From assembly GCF_009914755.1 (NCBI RefSeq), contig NC_060947.1: a stretch of 64,000 nucleotides of DNA. One strand, given 5' to 3'. A model generated the notes under the pieces. The model saw only the letters and a list, made by a program, of their open reading frames with translations. It made no database searches and was not told the DNA's origin. A program made the position numbers and the translations under genes. Source of the DNA: the human T2T-CHM13v2.0 reference genome, Homo sapiens. Positions 51,165-63,041 of this stretch are shown one piece after another. Positions within the stretch are counted from its first letter, which is position 1. Each line of letters begins with the position of its first letter.

Positions 51165-52720
51165 GTAATGGCTTTTCAAAGATGCAATTGGAATACAATA
51201 AAGCGCATACAATTTGATAAGTTTTGACTTATCTATGCATCCATTTAACCACCATCACATTCAAGACAATGAATATGTCAATCACCATCACCCCCAAAAC
51301 TTTTTTCATGTTCCTTTGTAAGCTCTTTTGCACTCCTCTCTGTCCACAGGCAATCATCTTTCTGTCACTATGCATTAGTTTTCATCTTCCGTTTATAAAA
51401 ACGGAATAACATAGTATGTACTATTTTATCTGGCTAACAGAATAATTATTGAGAAATATATCCATGTTATAGCGTGTATCAATAGTTCATTCAATTTATT
51501 GCTGAATAATATTTTATTGTATATAATACAGTTTATCTAGTGACCTATTGATGGACATCTGGGTTATTCCCAGTTTTTCACTATTACAAATAAAGCTGCC
51601 ATGAACTTTTGTATACACATCTTTTCACAGACATATGCCCTTATTTCCTGGGAGTATAACAATTAGGTCATATTGCATGTGTATGTCTAAATTCTTGAGT
51701 AACTGCCAAACTGTTTTCCAAAGTGGATGTCCAATCTACATTCCCACCAGCAAGGTGTGAGAGTTCCTTCACATCTTTGGCAATACTTAGTACAGTCAGT
51801 CATTTTAATTGTACATATTCTAATAGGTGTGTAATAGTATCTTACTGGGGTTTTAATTTTTATTTCCCTAATGCCTAATGATGTTGAGCATTTTATGTGC
51901 TTCTTTGACATTTATAACTGTCCTTTCTTGAACTGTCTGTTCAAGCCTTTTGCCCATTTATATCGGGTTGTTTATTTTCTTATTGAGTTTTGAGAATTAT
52001 TTTAAGTGCTGGATTACAACTCCTTTCTCACATATATGCTTTACAAAAATTTTATCCCATTCTATAGATTGTCTTTTCATTCTCTTAGCAGTGCCTTTTG
52101 AAGAAAATATGTTTTCAATTTTGGTAAAGGCAAATTAATCAATTTGTTATTTTATGGATTGTATTTTTGGAGTTGTGCCTAAGAAATGTTTGCCCAGCCA
52201 AAGATCACAAAGGTTTTATCTTATGTTTCCTTCCTAGTAGTTTTATAGCTCTGGATTTTACATTTAAGTTGGTGGTCCATTTTTAGCTAATTTTCTATAT
52301 GGTGAAAGGAGTGGACTGAAAGTTTTTGTTTTGTTTGCTTTGTTTTGTGTTGTGTTGTGTGTGTGTGTATTTCCAACTGTTCCATCATCCTATGTTGAAA
52401 GGATTATCCCTTCTTCACTGAATTGCCTTTGCACCATGGCTGACAATCAGCTGCTTCTATATGCTGAAGTCTATTGTTGGTATTTCTATTCTGTTTCGCT
52501 GATCTATTTGCCTGTCTTTACAAAAATGCCACACTGTCATGATTACTTGAATTTTATAATAAGTCTTGAGATTGGGTAGTATTAGTCCTCTTATTTTGTT
52601 CTTGTTTTGCAAAGTCGTTTTGGCTATTCTTGGTCGATCACATGTCCATATTAATTTTACAGTCAGTGTATTCACTTCTACAAAAATCCTTCTGGGATTT
52701 TGATTAAAGATAATTTGAGA
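51165..52720 (-). mobile_element. L1M (L1MB/MC-like) ORF2 3' part and 3'UTR
   Basis: Minus-strand ORFs resemble L1 ORF2 (KCSTSLGIREIKIKT, RPRIAKTTLQNKNKIRGLILPNLKTYYK..RQIDQRNRIE). Confidence 0.85.
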
Positions 52721-53015
52721 ACTGACATCTAAATCATCTTATTTTCCAATCCTTTTATTTCATCTGTTTCCCATTACTGCATTGGCAGGAACCCCTATTA
52801 TAATGTGGAATAAAAATAGTGATAGCAGCTATTCTTATCTATTTTCCAATAGCCAATGTTTTTCTACTGAGTAGAATATTTGCTATAGATTTTGGTAGAT
52901 ATCCTTTATCTACTTTGATAACATCTCTTTTTATCATGAATTAATGCTGATTTTTACAAAATACTTTTCTGTATCAATTTAGATATGATTTTTCTCACAA
53001 TATGTCAAGGCAATA

Positions 53016-53530
53016 TGCCAGTCCTTGACCTGATTGGCCTCAGATCCCTTTCTCTCTCTTTCCTTGCTCTGTTCTCCAGTGTTCAGGAGATGATTGTAGG
53101 CTGCACTTCCTATGTTCTCCAACATTTGGCTGCCATCATGGTTCAAGCAACAGAAGGCACCAGCAGGTTAGTACAGTACAGGAGGACAGAAGCAGCTAGA
53201 GTTTATATTTTATTTTCTCTCTCTGCATCAGGTGCCTTCAACTGCTTTCAAGGTTTACATCTTCTCCATGGCTCTCACCCTCATCATACTTATCCACCTT
53301 AGTTCCAGATCCTATTGACCCCAACTCCAAGGCTCCATTAACATTATCTCCTTTATTTGTTTCTATCCTAGAGACTGAAGAAAATTTCTTAAGCTGCCAA
53401 ATATTGGCTTGCCCGCCTCTCCCGTTTGGCTTCTCCATCACTTGAGTAACCAATTTTGTGCATCATATTCAACCTGACTTATGTATTTAAAGTAATTTCT
53501 GTTTTCCTGGATAATCTTTAACAGTTATAC
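53016..53530 (+). mobile_element. LTR33-like ERVL LTR
   Basis: ctcagatccctttctctctctttccttgctctg...aatttctgttttcctgga; similar layout to 35400-35945. Confidence 0.5.
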
Positions 53531-53859
53531 TTGGCTAATTATATTGATTGTTCTAATGTGAGACCATTTCATTCACAGGAAAGCCTCAACTGAGTCACTA
53601 GCAGTAAAATGTGTTCAAGTCTTTTATATTATATGTAACCAAAACAAAACACCCCTGGGAGACTGAAACCTCCTCTAAATAACTATGTCTCTCTTCTTCA
53701 CATCCTTCCCCAAAATAATTTTTGCACTCACTAGCATTTGCGCACACATATTCAAAAAATTCTAAGAGCATAAGGAATACAGAGATATATTCAGCTTGTA
53801 AAATAATCAAGCACTGCACATAAAACTCTATAGCATTACCTGTGGGAAACAAATCAGGT

Positions 53860-56300
53860 GGTACACAAAGGAATATTTACAGCCTTAAATAAACTGATTA
53901 GAAAAAAACAGAAATATTTTAAACATGCAAAACTTCAAGAAGCTAGAGAAATAAAACCATATTTAACCCAAAGAAATAAAGCATAGGAAATAACTAAGAT
54001 AAATGCAGAAATGATTAATTAAGACAGTGGAGCCAACTAACAAAAGCCTATTCTTTTAAAAGATTTATATAGGAGACAATTTTATAGTCATCTTCAATTA
54101 CAAAAGAAAACTGATAGTAGCTTTAAAATACTGTACAAAAATAGGTGCAGAAGGAACTTGAATACCATAAGAGAACACTGTAAATATCATTAACAAATGA
54201 TAGACAAGGGATGATTTCTACAGAAAGATATATTTCATCTAATGAAATCAGAAGGAATGGTAGAATTAGAAAAATTAACATTTTGCAAACCCTAATTAAT
54301 TAATGGATAAATATACTAATCTTCAAAGACTGCCAACATCAACAAAAAGGGAGACAAATATTCGGTCCCCCTCATAATGGAAGTTACTTCCTCGTAATGA
54401 AAGTTCACATCACCTGTAAAGTGATCTTTCCAAATAAAACGAGAGAGAATAAAAATTAAATTTTAATATGATAAAACCTCTACCAATTGAAAGAAATACA
54501 GAGAAGAATGACATTAATGTTGCACAAAGCAAAAGCCAGACCATGTGAAACTGAACAGAGCATAAGATCTGTTTTTTTGTAAAAACAAAGATTGCAGGGA
54601 TAAAGAAGTAATGTATGTGTGTTGGGGGGAAGAATGTATAAATTAATGGTCATAAAATGCAGTGATAATGATTAGATTTATTTGGACCCGGGTTCAAGAA
54701 AAAACACACTTAAATGATGTCAGTGGGTAAATGTGAAAATAACTGAACAGTTAATTACATGAAGGAGTTAATTTTATAAGGTGGGGTAGTGTTATCAGTT
54801 AATATTTCTGTCTTTAAAAACACATACTGAAATATTTAAAGATGAAATGATGTGATGCCTAGGATTTGTTTCACATTATTCCACTGGCAGACATGGTGTT
54901 ATGTGTGAGTATAGACGAAGCCAGGTTGGCCATGTGTTGATGATTCTGAGTTCCAGGTATATTCTCTCTACAGTAGAATATATTTGAGAATTTCTACAAT
55001 AAAAAGAATATATATAATCATTAAATTTGAAACCCCAAATGAAAACAGACCATTATTTAGGAAAATATGAATGGCCCAATTAATCCAAATAGAAATAAAA
55101 ATCTGTAATTGCGAAACGCAAAATGAAACTGATCAAAGCTCCAGCCACCCTCAAATGTTTTGGGACCAGGCATTTTGGGACCAGTTCTACCAAATAAGCA
55201 GTGAAAAGCTGACCATCTTATGTAAACACAAAAATAACCACCATCTTATGATGTTCAACTCACTTTCCCAGGCTAGCTTTCTTTGATTAAAAAAACAAAA
55301 AACAAAAAAACAAAACAAAACAAAAAGAACAGCTGAGGATAACCTAGGTGCGGGGAGGGGAACAACTGAGCCAAGTTCACCCACACAGAGGCAAAGATCC
55401 TCAATAAACACATAGCAGGTCCAATATTGCAGTTAATTCAATGGAAAAAAAGTCTGTATCCATGAAATGTAAAGATAATACAACATTAGAAAAAAATTGC
55501 CTAAAATATTCTCACACTAACAGATTAGATTATTATTATTATTATTATTTGAGATGGGTCTTGCTCTGGCGCCCAGACTGGAGCAACCTCGACCTGCTTG
55601 GACTCAAAAGATCCTTGGGCCTCAGCCTCCAGAGTGGCTCAGACTACAGGCGTGCGCCACCGTGCCCGTCTAATTTTTTTTTTAATTTTTTATAGCGACC
55701 GACTCCCACTATGTTGCGGACTGGTGTCGATCTCTTGGGCTCCAGCAATCGTCATGTGTCAGCCTCCCGAGTAGCTGCGCTCGGCCATTACATTTTTTTA
55801 AATGGGCATTCGATCATGTACTGAGGTACAGAAAAATTTTTCAACAAAAAATTCAACACAAATGCTTGATAACATTCCACAAACTAACATCAGAAGATAA
55901 CTTTCATTTCCTAAAACCTATGGCAAACAAACTTAAATGTGAAATGCTGAACGCTCGACGCATTCTCATTAAAGCAAGGAACCAGACATAAATGTATGCT
56001 GAATACATGGCCAGAGGATAAGACTATAAAAACAAATGTAACTTGGAAATATTTAATAGAAATAGAAATTATTTGGTGAAAATGTGATCATCATTTTAGA
56101 AAATCCAAAGGAAAAGACCACACCCAATCCAAATCAATAAATGACTTCTGAAAAGCGGTGTATAAATCACTGTAGCAAAATCAAAAGCCTTGCCACACAA
56201 AGCAGTAGTAATAGAACATGCATATAATATATTTGGTGGAACAAATAAGACCATAATTAAAATGAATTTCACTGCACAATACAATGCAATGTTAGATAAA
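53860..56300 (+). mobile_element. Highly degenerate L1ME-like fragments
   Basis: A-rich L1 motifs (aaattcaacac, aaagcaaggaaccagaca, gatgaaatgatgtgatgcctaggatttgtttca); edges are uncertain. Confidence 0.5.
55529..55786 (-). mobile_element. Alu (old, AluJ-like) with (ATT)n tail
   Basis: Degenerate reverse Alu with deletions, ending ...gcgctcggcc. Confidence 0.85.
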
Positions 56301-56659
56301 GTCAAGAGATCTGGGTCTCACAAAATTGTGTACATCTATGGCTTCTCTATAGAAAGTAGATCTTTTAGAACAGAAAGTTCGCAATGTCTACATTTCGCCA
56401 GTGAAGAGACCCCATAGTTATAATGCACTTACTCCAACATCTCAGAATCTGTCTTGGGCACCCTACCTTTGTGCTGCGGCCTCTCTTCTCCCATCAAGCC
56501 TGGAACGCAAACCCATTATCCGTAACGGTTTATGTTGCAAAACTGTCCAGAGCTTATTGTTTGGTGATTATTTCTCTAAGGAGCCTGTAATCAATGAATT
56601 AGGAGCCAAAATATGGATCTACTTCCGAGAGGACTTAATATTACTATTACTCCATAACA

Positions 56660-56843
56660 AAGAGGGCGCCACAGAAAGTCACGCCACGCCGCCCTTGCTG
56701 GCAGCCCTTCGGGCCGTGGGCAGGATGCCCGGATGTCACGTACACTTCCGCTTCTGCCGTCCGTGGGAGGTGAGGCCTTGCAGTGAGGCGATTGGTATCT
56801 GGTCAGCAGAGAAAGGCATCCAGGCCCCGCCAGGAGGTAAGGC
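56660..56843 (+). promoter_or_regulatory. MAGE-type CpG promoter / non-coding exon 1, copy 1
   Basis: CpG-rich; inverted ETS cores ccggatgt (56729) and acttccg (56744), as in MAGE promoters; candidate donor gag|gtaagg near 56836. Confidence 0.68.
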
Positions 56844-57169
56844 AAAGACACTGAATAGCATTTGAGGGGACCCACTACCACAAAAGAAAGAACGCCATGC
56901 CGTCCGGCCTCGGCCTTAAGCCGCAAAAGCCCCGGGCAGGGATCCTCTTAGGTATCGCACTCTGCATTATTCTTCTGGAGAGTCAGGGAAGTGATAGCAT
57001 TGGGCTAAGGTGCTGGCATCAAGCCACCAGAGATTGGGGTCTTAGAACCCTCCAGTAGTCAATAAAGGGTTATTATTTCCCTAAGGGGCCTTTAATCAAT
57101 GAATTAGGAGCGAAAACATGGATATACTTCCTAGAGGAGGACTTAATATTACTACTACTCCATAACAAA

Positions 57170-57352
57170 GGGGGCGCCACAGAAAGTCACGCCACACCGC
57201 CCTTGCTGGCAGCCCTTCGGTCCGTGGGCAGGATGCCCGGATGTCACACACACTTCCGCTTCTGCCGTCCGTGGGAGGTGAGGCCTTGCAGTGAGGCGGT
57301 TGGTATCTGGTCAGCAGAGGAAGGCATCCAGGCCCTGCCAGGAGGTAAGGCA
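57170..57352 (+). promoter_or_regulatory. MAGE-type CpG promoter / non-coding exon 1, copy 2
   Basis: Same ETS pair (ccggatgt, acttccg) and the same gag|gtaagg donor as copy 1. Confidence 0.68.
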
Positions 57353-57756
57353 AAGACACTGAATAATGTTTGAGGGGAACCCCTACCGCAAAAGAAAGAA
57401 CGCCATGCCGTCCAGCCTCTGCCTTAAGCCGAAAAAACCCCGGGCAGGGATCCTCTTGGGTATCGCACTCTGCATTATTCTTCTGGAGAGTCAGGGAAGT
57501 GATAGCATTGGACTAAGGTGTTGGCATCAAGCCACCTGAGATAAGGGTCTTAGAACCCTCCAGGAGTCAATAAAGGGTGAGTTCCATAAAACTCCCTTTC
57601 TGCCATAGCGGACCGGTCCCCACAGAGCCCAGCCTCTGCTCTCAAGCCTGGGTGATCCTAAGTAGGGGTAGCTGGAATTTCCACCTTTAACCTCTCAAGG
57701 AGATGAGGGTATTGGACCACGGTGTCTGCCTCGGGCAGCAGGGGAAGGAGTCCTAT

Positions 57757-59232
57757 TGAGAGGTGACAGCATGCTGGCAGCCCTCACAGCCCTCGCTGGC
57801 TCTTGGTGCCTCCTCTGCCTGGGCTCCCACTTTGGTGGCACTTGAGGAGCCCTTCAGCCCACCGCTGCACTGTGGGAGCCCCTTTCTGGGCTGGCCAAGG
57901 CCGGAGCCGGCTCTCTCAGCTTGCAGGGAGGTGTGGAGGGAGAGGCCTGGGCGGGAACCAGGGCTGCACGTGGTGCTTGCGGGACAGCGCAAGTTCCCGG
58001 TGGGCATGAGCTTGGCGGGCCCGGCACTCAGAGCAGCTGGCAGGCCCCCCGGCCCAGGCAGTGAGGGGCTTAGCACCTGGGCCAGTAGTTGCTGTGCTCA
58101 ATTTCTCGCCAGGCCTTAGCTTCCTTCCCGTGGGGCAGGGCTCAGGACCTGCAGCCCGCCATTCCTGAGCCTCTCCCACCCCCCCAACCCCGCCAGCCCC
58201 CTCCAACCCCGCCAGCCCCCCCCAACCCCGCCAGCCCCCCCCAACCCCGCCCGCCCCCGCCCCAACCACCACCCCCCCGCCGGCCCCCCCCCGCCCCGCC
58301 CGCCCCCCCCCCCGCCCGCCCCCCCCCCCGCCGCCGGCCCCCGCCCCGCCCCGCCCCGCCCACCGCCCCCACCCCACCCACCCCCCCTCCTGTCCTACCG
58401 GAGCCTCCCTGACGAGCGCCGCCCCCCGCTCTGCGGTGCCCAGTCCCATCGACCACCCAAGGGCTGAGGACTGCGGGCGCATGGCGCGGGACTGGCAGGC
58501 AGCTCCACCTGCGGCCCCAGTGCGGGATCCACTGGGTGAAGCCAGCTGGGCTCCTGACTGGTGGGGACTTGGAGAACCTTTATGTCTAGCTAGGGGATTG
58601 TAAATACACCAATCGGCACTCTGTATCTAGCTCAAGGTTTGTAAACACACCAATCAGCACCCTGTGTCTAGCTCAAGGTTTGTGAATACACCAATGGACA
58701 CTCTGTATCCAGCTACTCTGGTGGGGATTTGGAGAACCCTTGTGTCAACACTCTGTATCTAGCTAATCTAGTGGGGAGGTGAAGAACCTTTGTGTCTAGC
58801 TCAGGGATTGTAAATGCACCAATCAGCACCCTGTCAGATCAGACCACTCAGCTCTCTGTAAAATGGACAAATCAGCAGGATGTGGGTGGGGCCAGATAAC
58901 AGAATAAAAGTAGGCTGCCCGAGCCAGCCTTGGCAACCCGCTGGGGTCCCCTTCCAAACTGTGGAAGCTTTGTTCTTTCACTCTTTACAATAAATCTTGC
59001 TGCTGCTCCCTCTTTGGGTCCACACTGCCTTTATGAGCTGTAACACCACGAGCGAAGGTCTGCAGCTTCACTCCTGAGCCAGTGAGACCACGAACCCACC
59101 AGAAGGAAGAAGCTCCGAACACATCCGAACATTAGAAGGAACAAACTCCGGACACGCCACCTTTAAGAACTGTAACACTCACCACGAGGGTCCGCAGCTT
59201 TTGAGACCAAGAACCCACCAATTCCGGACACA
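57757..59232 (+). mobile_element. Solo LTR12C-like (ERV9) LTR
   Basis: TG...CA termini (tgagaggtgacagc...attccggacaca); repeated caccaatc CCAAT units at 58607-58830; aataaaa TATA-like element near 58903; 4-bp TSD ctat at 57753-57756 and 59233-59236. Confidence 0.95.
58175..58390. repeat. C-rich (G-rich on minus strand) expansion inside LTR12
   Basis: 19-bp unit ccaaccccgccagcccccc repeated about 4 times (aa at 58186, 58205, 58224, 58243), then irregular ccccg runs. Confidence 0.9.
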
Positions 59233-60683
59233 CTATGCTCTGCCACGTGTTAATGAAATGCCCCAGTGTGGGCTGTGGGGGAAACTAGCTTCCCATAAAG
59301 ATGGCGGCCTTAGAGAATCCTGCCCTTCCTGTAAGTTCTGGGAGGTCCCTAGCGTGGCTGTAAGGCCCAGGTGACCCCTCGCTTCATATTCTGGTGGTGG
59401 TCGTGGGGAAGGGTACAAACTAAGGCTAGCGCATTGAGGTCAGCAGTGGAAGGAGTCTTTGGGGGTAACCAGGAGTTTAGTTTAGAACCCAGAGCAAAGA
59501 CTGAAGGGATTTTCTTCCCAGAACAAAGGGGACCCAACAGAGTACCACTACTATGAGCCTTGGTAGCCTTTCAGCATGACTCTCGGCTAAGGTATCCCTC
59601 AATTTATCCTTAGTGGTCACAGGGTGATGAGGACATAGATTTGATAGGGCAGTCAGTGGCAGGTCATTAGAGGGAGGTGACTCAGGCCCTTATGGAAGTC
59701 AAAGTGAGGACTGATGGGGCTAGGCACTGCCTCTGTGGTCAGCCTTGGGAAGCCCTGGGCAGATTTGTCATTCTGAACGCACCCCACCCCCTCCCTCCAA
59801 CTGCATACTCTGGGATATCAAGTGGAAGAGGGCCTTTCTCTGATTGGTATAGGCCTCAAGTCCTCAGAGGGGAAGGTATGAGGCTGTCAAGGTGAGGAGT
59901 CATTAGGAGGAACCTGAATTTCCAGAAGTAAAAGAGGATTCATAGAGCCCTAAGAGTGCTGTCTTTCCTGATAGGGGTCCCTGGGGAAGATACATCTGAG
60001 GCCTCCCTAATATCTTTATCAGGAATGTCAGGGATGTGAAGGCCTTGCTTGGAGGGGATAGGTTTCAGGTAAGCAAAAGGAGGGCAATCAGACCCTCCAA
60101 GAAGCAAAAGTAAAGACTGAGGACTGAAAACTAATTACCTCAAGATAAAGAGGGTCTCACCGATCTCTGCATTGCTGCCATTCCACAATGTCCCCCTGCA
60201 AATGTGGTCACATGAGATTCCCCCTCAATTTCTTGTCTGGGGAGTCAAGGATATGAGCGCTTTGGAATGAGGGAGTCAGCATCAAAACAGTTCAGCAGTG
60301 AGATAACAGGTCCTGCCAGAAGTCAAGGTGATGGCCCTGAATGTGAATTGAAAGAAACATCGTCTACCCCAGAAAAAAAGGAAGCTCCATAGAGTCTGGA
60401 CCTGCCAGTCACTGTATCAGTCCCAGTAAGATGCAGGTAATACTGGCAGGCTTCAGCAAAGGTACAGTCTAGTTACTTCCACTGATTCCTCAGGGGAAAG
60501 GCCCTTCAGAGAAGAGTAGCCTCATAGGATCCTTGAACAGTGTTCTCAAAGAAACCTACAGAAGCAACTTCCATAAAGTCAAGGTGATATCTTCCTGCTG
60601 GAGGATCACACCTTCTTTCCTTGAGGTCACTTCATCACCTGCCATCTGTCTCACACTACTACTTACCTCTGAGCAGAGTCATA

Positions 60684-61724
60684 ATGCCTCGGGGTCAGAA
60701 AAGTAAGCCCCGTGCCCGTGAGAAACGCCGCCAGGCTCGAGAAGAGCCCAAGGACGTGGAAGGTGCTCAAGTCACTGTAGCAGAGGAAGGAGAGTCCCTC
60801 ACTTCATCTCCTCATTTCAAAGATAGTCCTGAGAGGTCATCTGCTGTCGAAACACCCAGCAATGAGCAAGAGCCTGGGATAGCTCTAGCCATCACCACTG
60901 CTGCAGCTGTTTCATGCACAGCATCTAATGAAGGCATCGACAGCCAAGTTGAGGAAAGGTCAAATGCCTCACAGGCCCAGGCTACCACTGGGCAGTGGCC
61001 CAGAGGCCCTATAGATAAGAAGATTGCTATGTTGGTGCATTACCTGCTGTACAAATGTCAAATGCAAGAGCCCATTACAAAGGCAGATATGCTGAAAAAT
61101 GTAATCCAGACGTAAAAGAGCCTCTTCCCTGAGATCCTGAGGAGAGCTTCTGATCACCTGGAGTTGGTCTTTGGCCTTGACGTGAGAGAAGTGGATCCCA
61201 ACAAGAGCATCTATGTCCTTGTCAACAAACTAGAATTAGGCCATGACACAAGAGTGAATCCTAACAGAAGTTTGCCCAAGAATGGCCTGCTGATGACCAT
61301 CCTGAGTGCGATCTTCAGCCAGGGGAATTGTGCCCCTGAGGAGGAAGTCTGGAAGGTGCTAAATATGATGGGGGTATACGAGGGACAGGAGCACGTCATC
61401 TATGGAGAGCCCAGGAACCTCCTCACCAAAGATTTAGTGCAAGAGCAGTACCTGGAGTATTGGGAAGTGCCCAACAGCAGTCCTCCAAGCTATGAATTCC
61501 TGTGGCGTCCACGAGCCTATGCTGAAACCAGCAAGATGAAAGTCCTAGAGTTTTTGGCCAAGATCCATGGTACAGTCCCCAGTGCCTTCCCATCCCATTA
61601 TGAAGAGGCTTTGAAAGATGTGGAAGAGAGATCCCAAGCCAGAATTGCAGCCAGGGCCCGTACTGCCACCATGGCCAGTGCACGTTCCAAGGCCACGTCC
61701 AGCAGCCTTGCCTGCTCCAAGTGA
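60684..61724 (+). pseudogene. MAGE-B family (MAGEB10-like) gene with a single in-frame stop at codon 144
   Basis: [19 protein letters not shown]-terminus; MAGE homology domain ([65 protein letters not shown]). ORFs 60621-61115 and 61164-61724 share one frame, separated by TAA 61113-61115. The context cagagtcataATG is MAGE-typical. I cannot assign the exact paralogue. Confidence 0.93.
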
Positions 61725-62211
61725 AGGCTGAGGAAAATGCTTTACTGTGTTTTTGAAGAGGACAGTCAGTGTTTCACTAGTGGAGGGTTGGCTGTGTCTC
61801 GTTATAACATAGTACATAACATGTTCTGGGTAACTTGGATATTTAAACGTTGTTCCTTTTAATAGAAGGTTAAAGTAGCTTAAGAATCCAAGATTATAAG
61901 TGATAGTAAGTCATACATTTATTGATGTTTGTGAGGTTTTAGAGTAGAGTTTTACTATTTTATAGAAAAAAATGGGAAAATTTCCATCTTATTTAGTGAT
62001 CTCCAATGAGATAACATAGTAGTGGATTAGCCATTTCCTTGGAAATATTTTTTTAAAAAAGCAGTAAAATAGTTGGGATGAAGAAATAGAGGTAAAATGT
62101 AAAAGATGATAAATGCTTTCATTCCGTTATGTTTAGTCTGTTCTGTAAAATTAAGAGATAGATACTTAGATATGATTAGTTTATTCAACAATGTAGGAGA
62201 AGGAACATCAT

Positions 62212-62217
62212 AATAAA
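62212..62217 (+). terminator. Candidate polyadenylation signal of the MAGE-B locus
   Basis: AATAAA ~490 nt after the stop, followed by cactggctcacttatttctc, which resembles MAGE 3' ends. Confidence 0.6.
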
Positions 62218-62879
62218 ACTGACTTCTTGCACACTGGCTCACTTATTTCTCAAACATTACTTGGGCATCTGTTCTTTGGAGGGAAGGCGCCATGCTGGTA
62301 CTGGGAATGTCAGGATAAACAAGACCCAAGGGCACGCACTGAATTGTAGAGTCTAAGAGCAGCTGTCATGTAAGGAAGATGGTGAGATATACCCTAAGAA
62401 GTAAAGGATGAGTAAGAGAAGGTGGGAAGATCCAGATCAGAGCAGTCAAGTGAAAATGTCCTGAGGCAAGTGGGTTTGGGGCCTTAGGAAACTGCAAACC
62501 CTTCAGTGTCAGTCAATTTTGTTAGTCTGGATAGTGGGTTGGTTGAGGCTGTGGGAGTACAGAGCAGGGGCCAGATCCTCAAAAAGACTAATGCCTAGAA
62601 TGAAGAAGTGCTTTTAGCAGTTATTTTGAGGTAATAGATAAACCAGAAATAATTGTAAGATGGGAATGGAAGGTGTCTTGCATCCTTTTCCAGTGTCATT
62701 TTTCCAGTGCAGTTGGGCACAGTCCACAAACTATGTTTTATGCACATCAGCTCCAGGGACCTTCTGAGAATCAAGGGTGACCTGACATGAATGTGCTCAA
62801 AAGCCATTGTGCTGGCATTATTTGCTCTGGCCTGGGAGAAACAAGAGCCCACTAAACCCACTTAATTAAAAGGGCTTTT

Positions 62880-63041
62880 AAAAAAACTTGTACTTTAAGT
62901 TCCTGGATACATGTGCAGAATGTGCAGGTTTGTTATATAGGTATGCATGGGCCATGGTGGTTTGCTGCACCTATTGACCCATCATCTAGGCTCCCTCCCC
63001 CTGCCCCTCACACCCCAACAGGACCCGGTGTGTGTTGTTCC
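62880..63041 (-). mobile_element. Short 5'-truncated L1PA (older, PA8-13-like) 3' end
   Basis: actttaagttcctggatacatgtgcagaatgtgcaggtttgtt...; TSD taaaagggc(a)tttt at ~62867 and ~63042. Confidence 0.85.

Larger units (their letters stand above)
56563..57578 (+). repeat. Tandem duplication, 2 x ~505 bp
   Basis: 56563-57067 aligns to 57068-57578 throughout with scattered substitutions; the paralogous minus-strand ORFs at 56591 and 57096 are offset by 505. Confidence 0.96.

Noticed and set aside
56401-57359. ORFs of 87-154 aa in the duplicated promoter
   Set aside because: They have no recognisable domain, mostly use non-ATG starts, and differ between the two copies; this is expected in GC-rich DNA.
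57916-58482. Pro-rich and Gly-rich ORFs (107-188 aa)
   Set aside because: These are by-products of the stop-free C-rich expansion inside LTR12.
58560-58860. CRISPR-like spaced repeats
   Set aside because: These are the native tandem CCAAT enhancer repeats of LTR12 and have no unique spacers.
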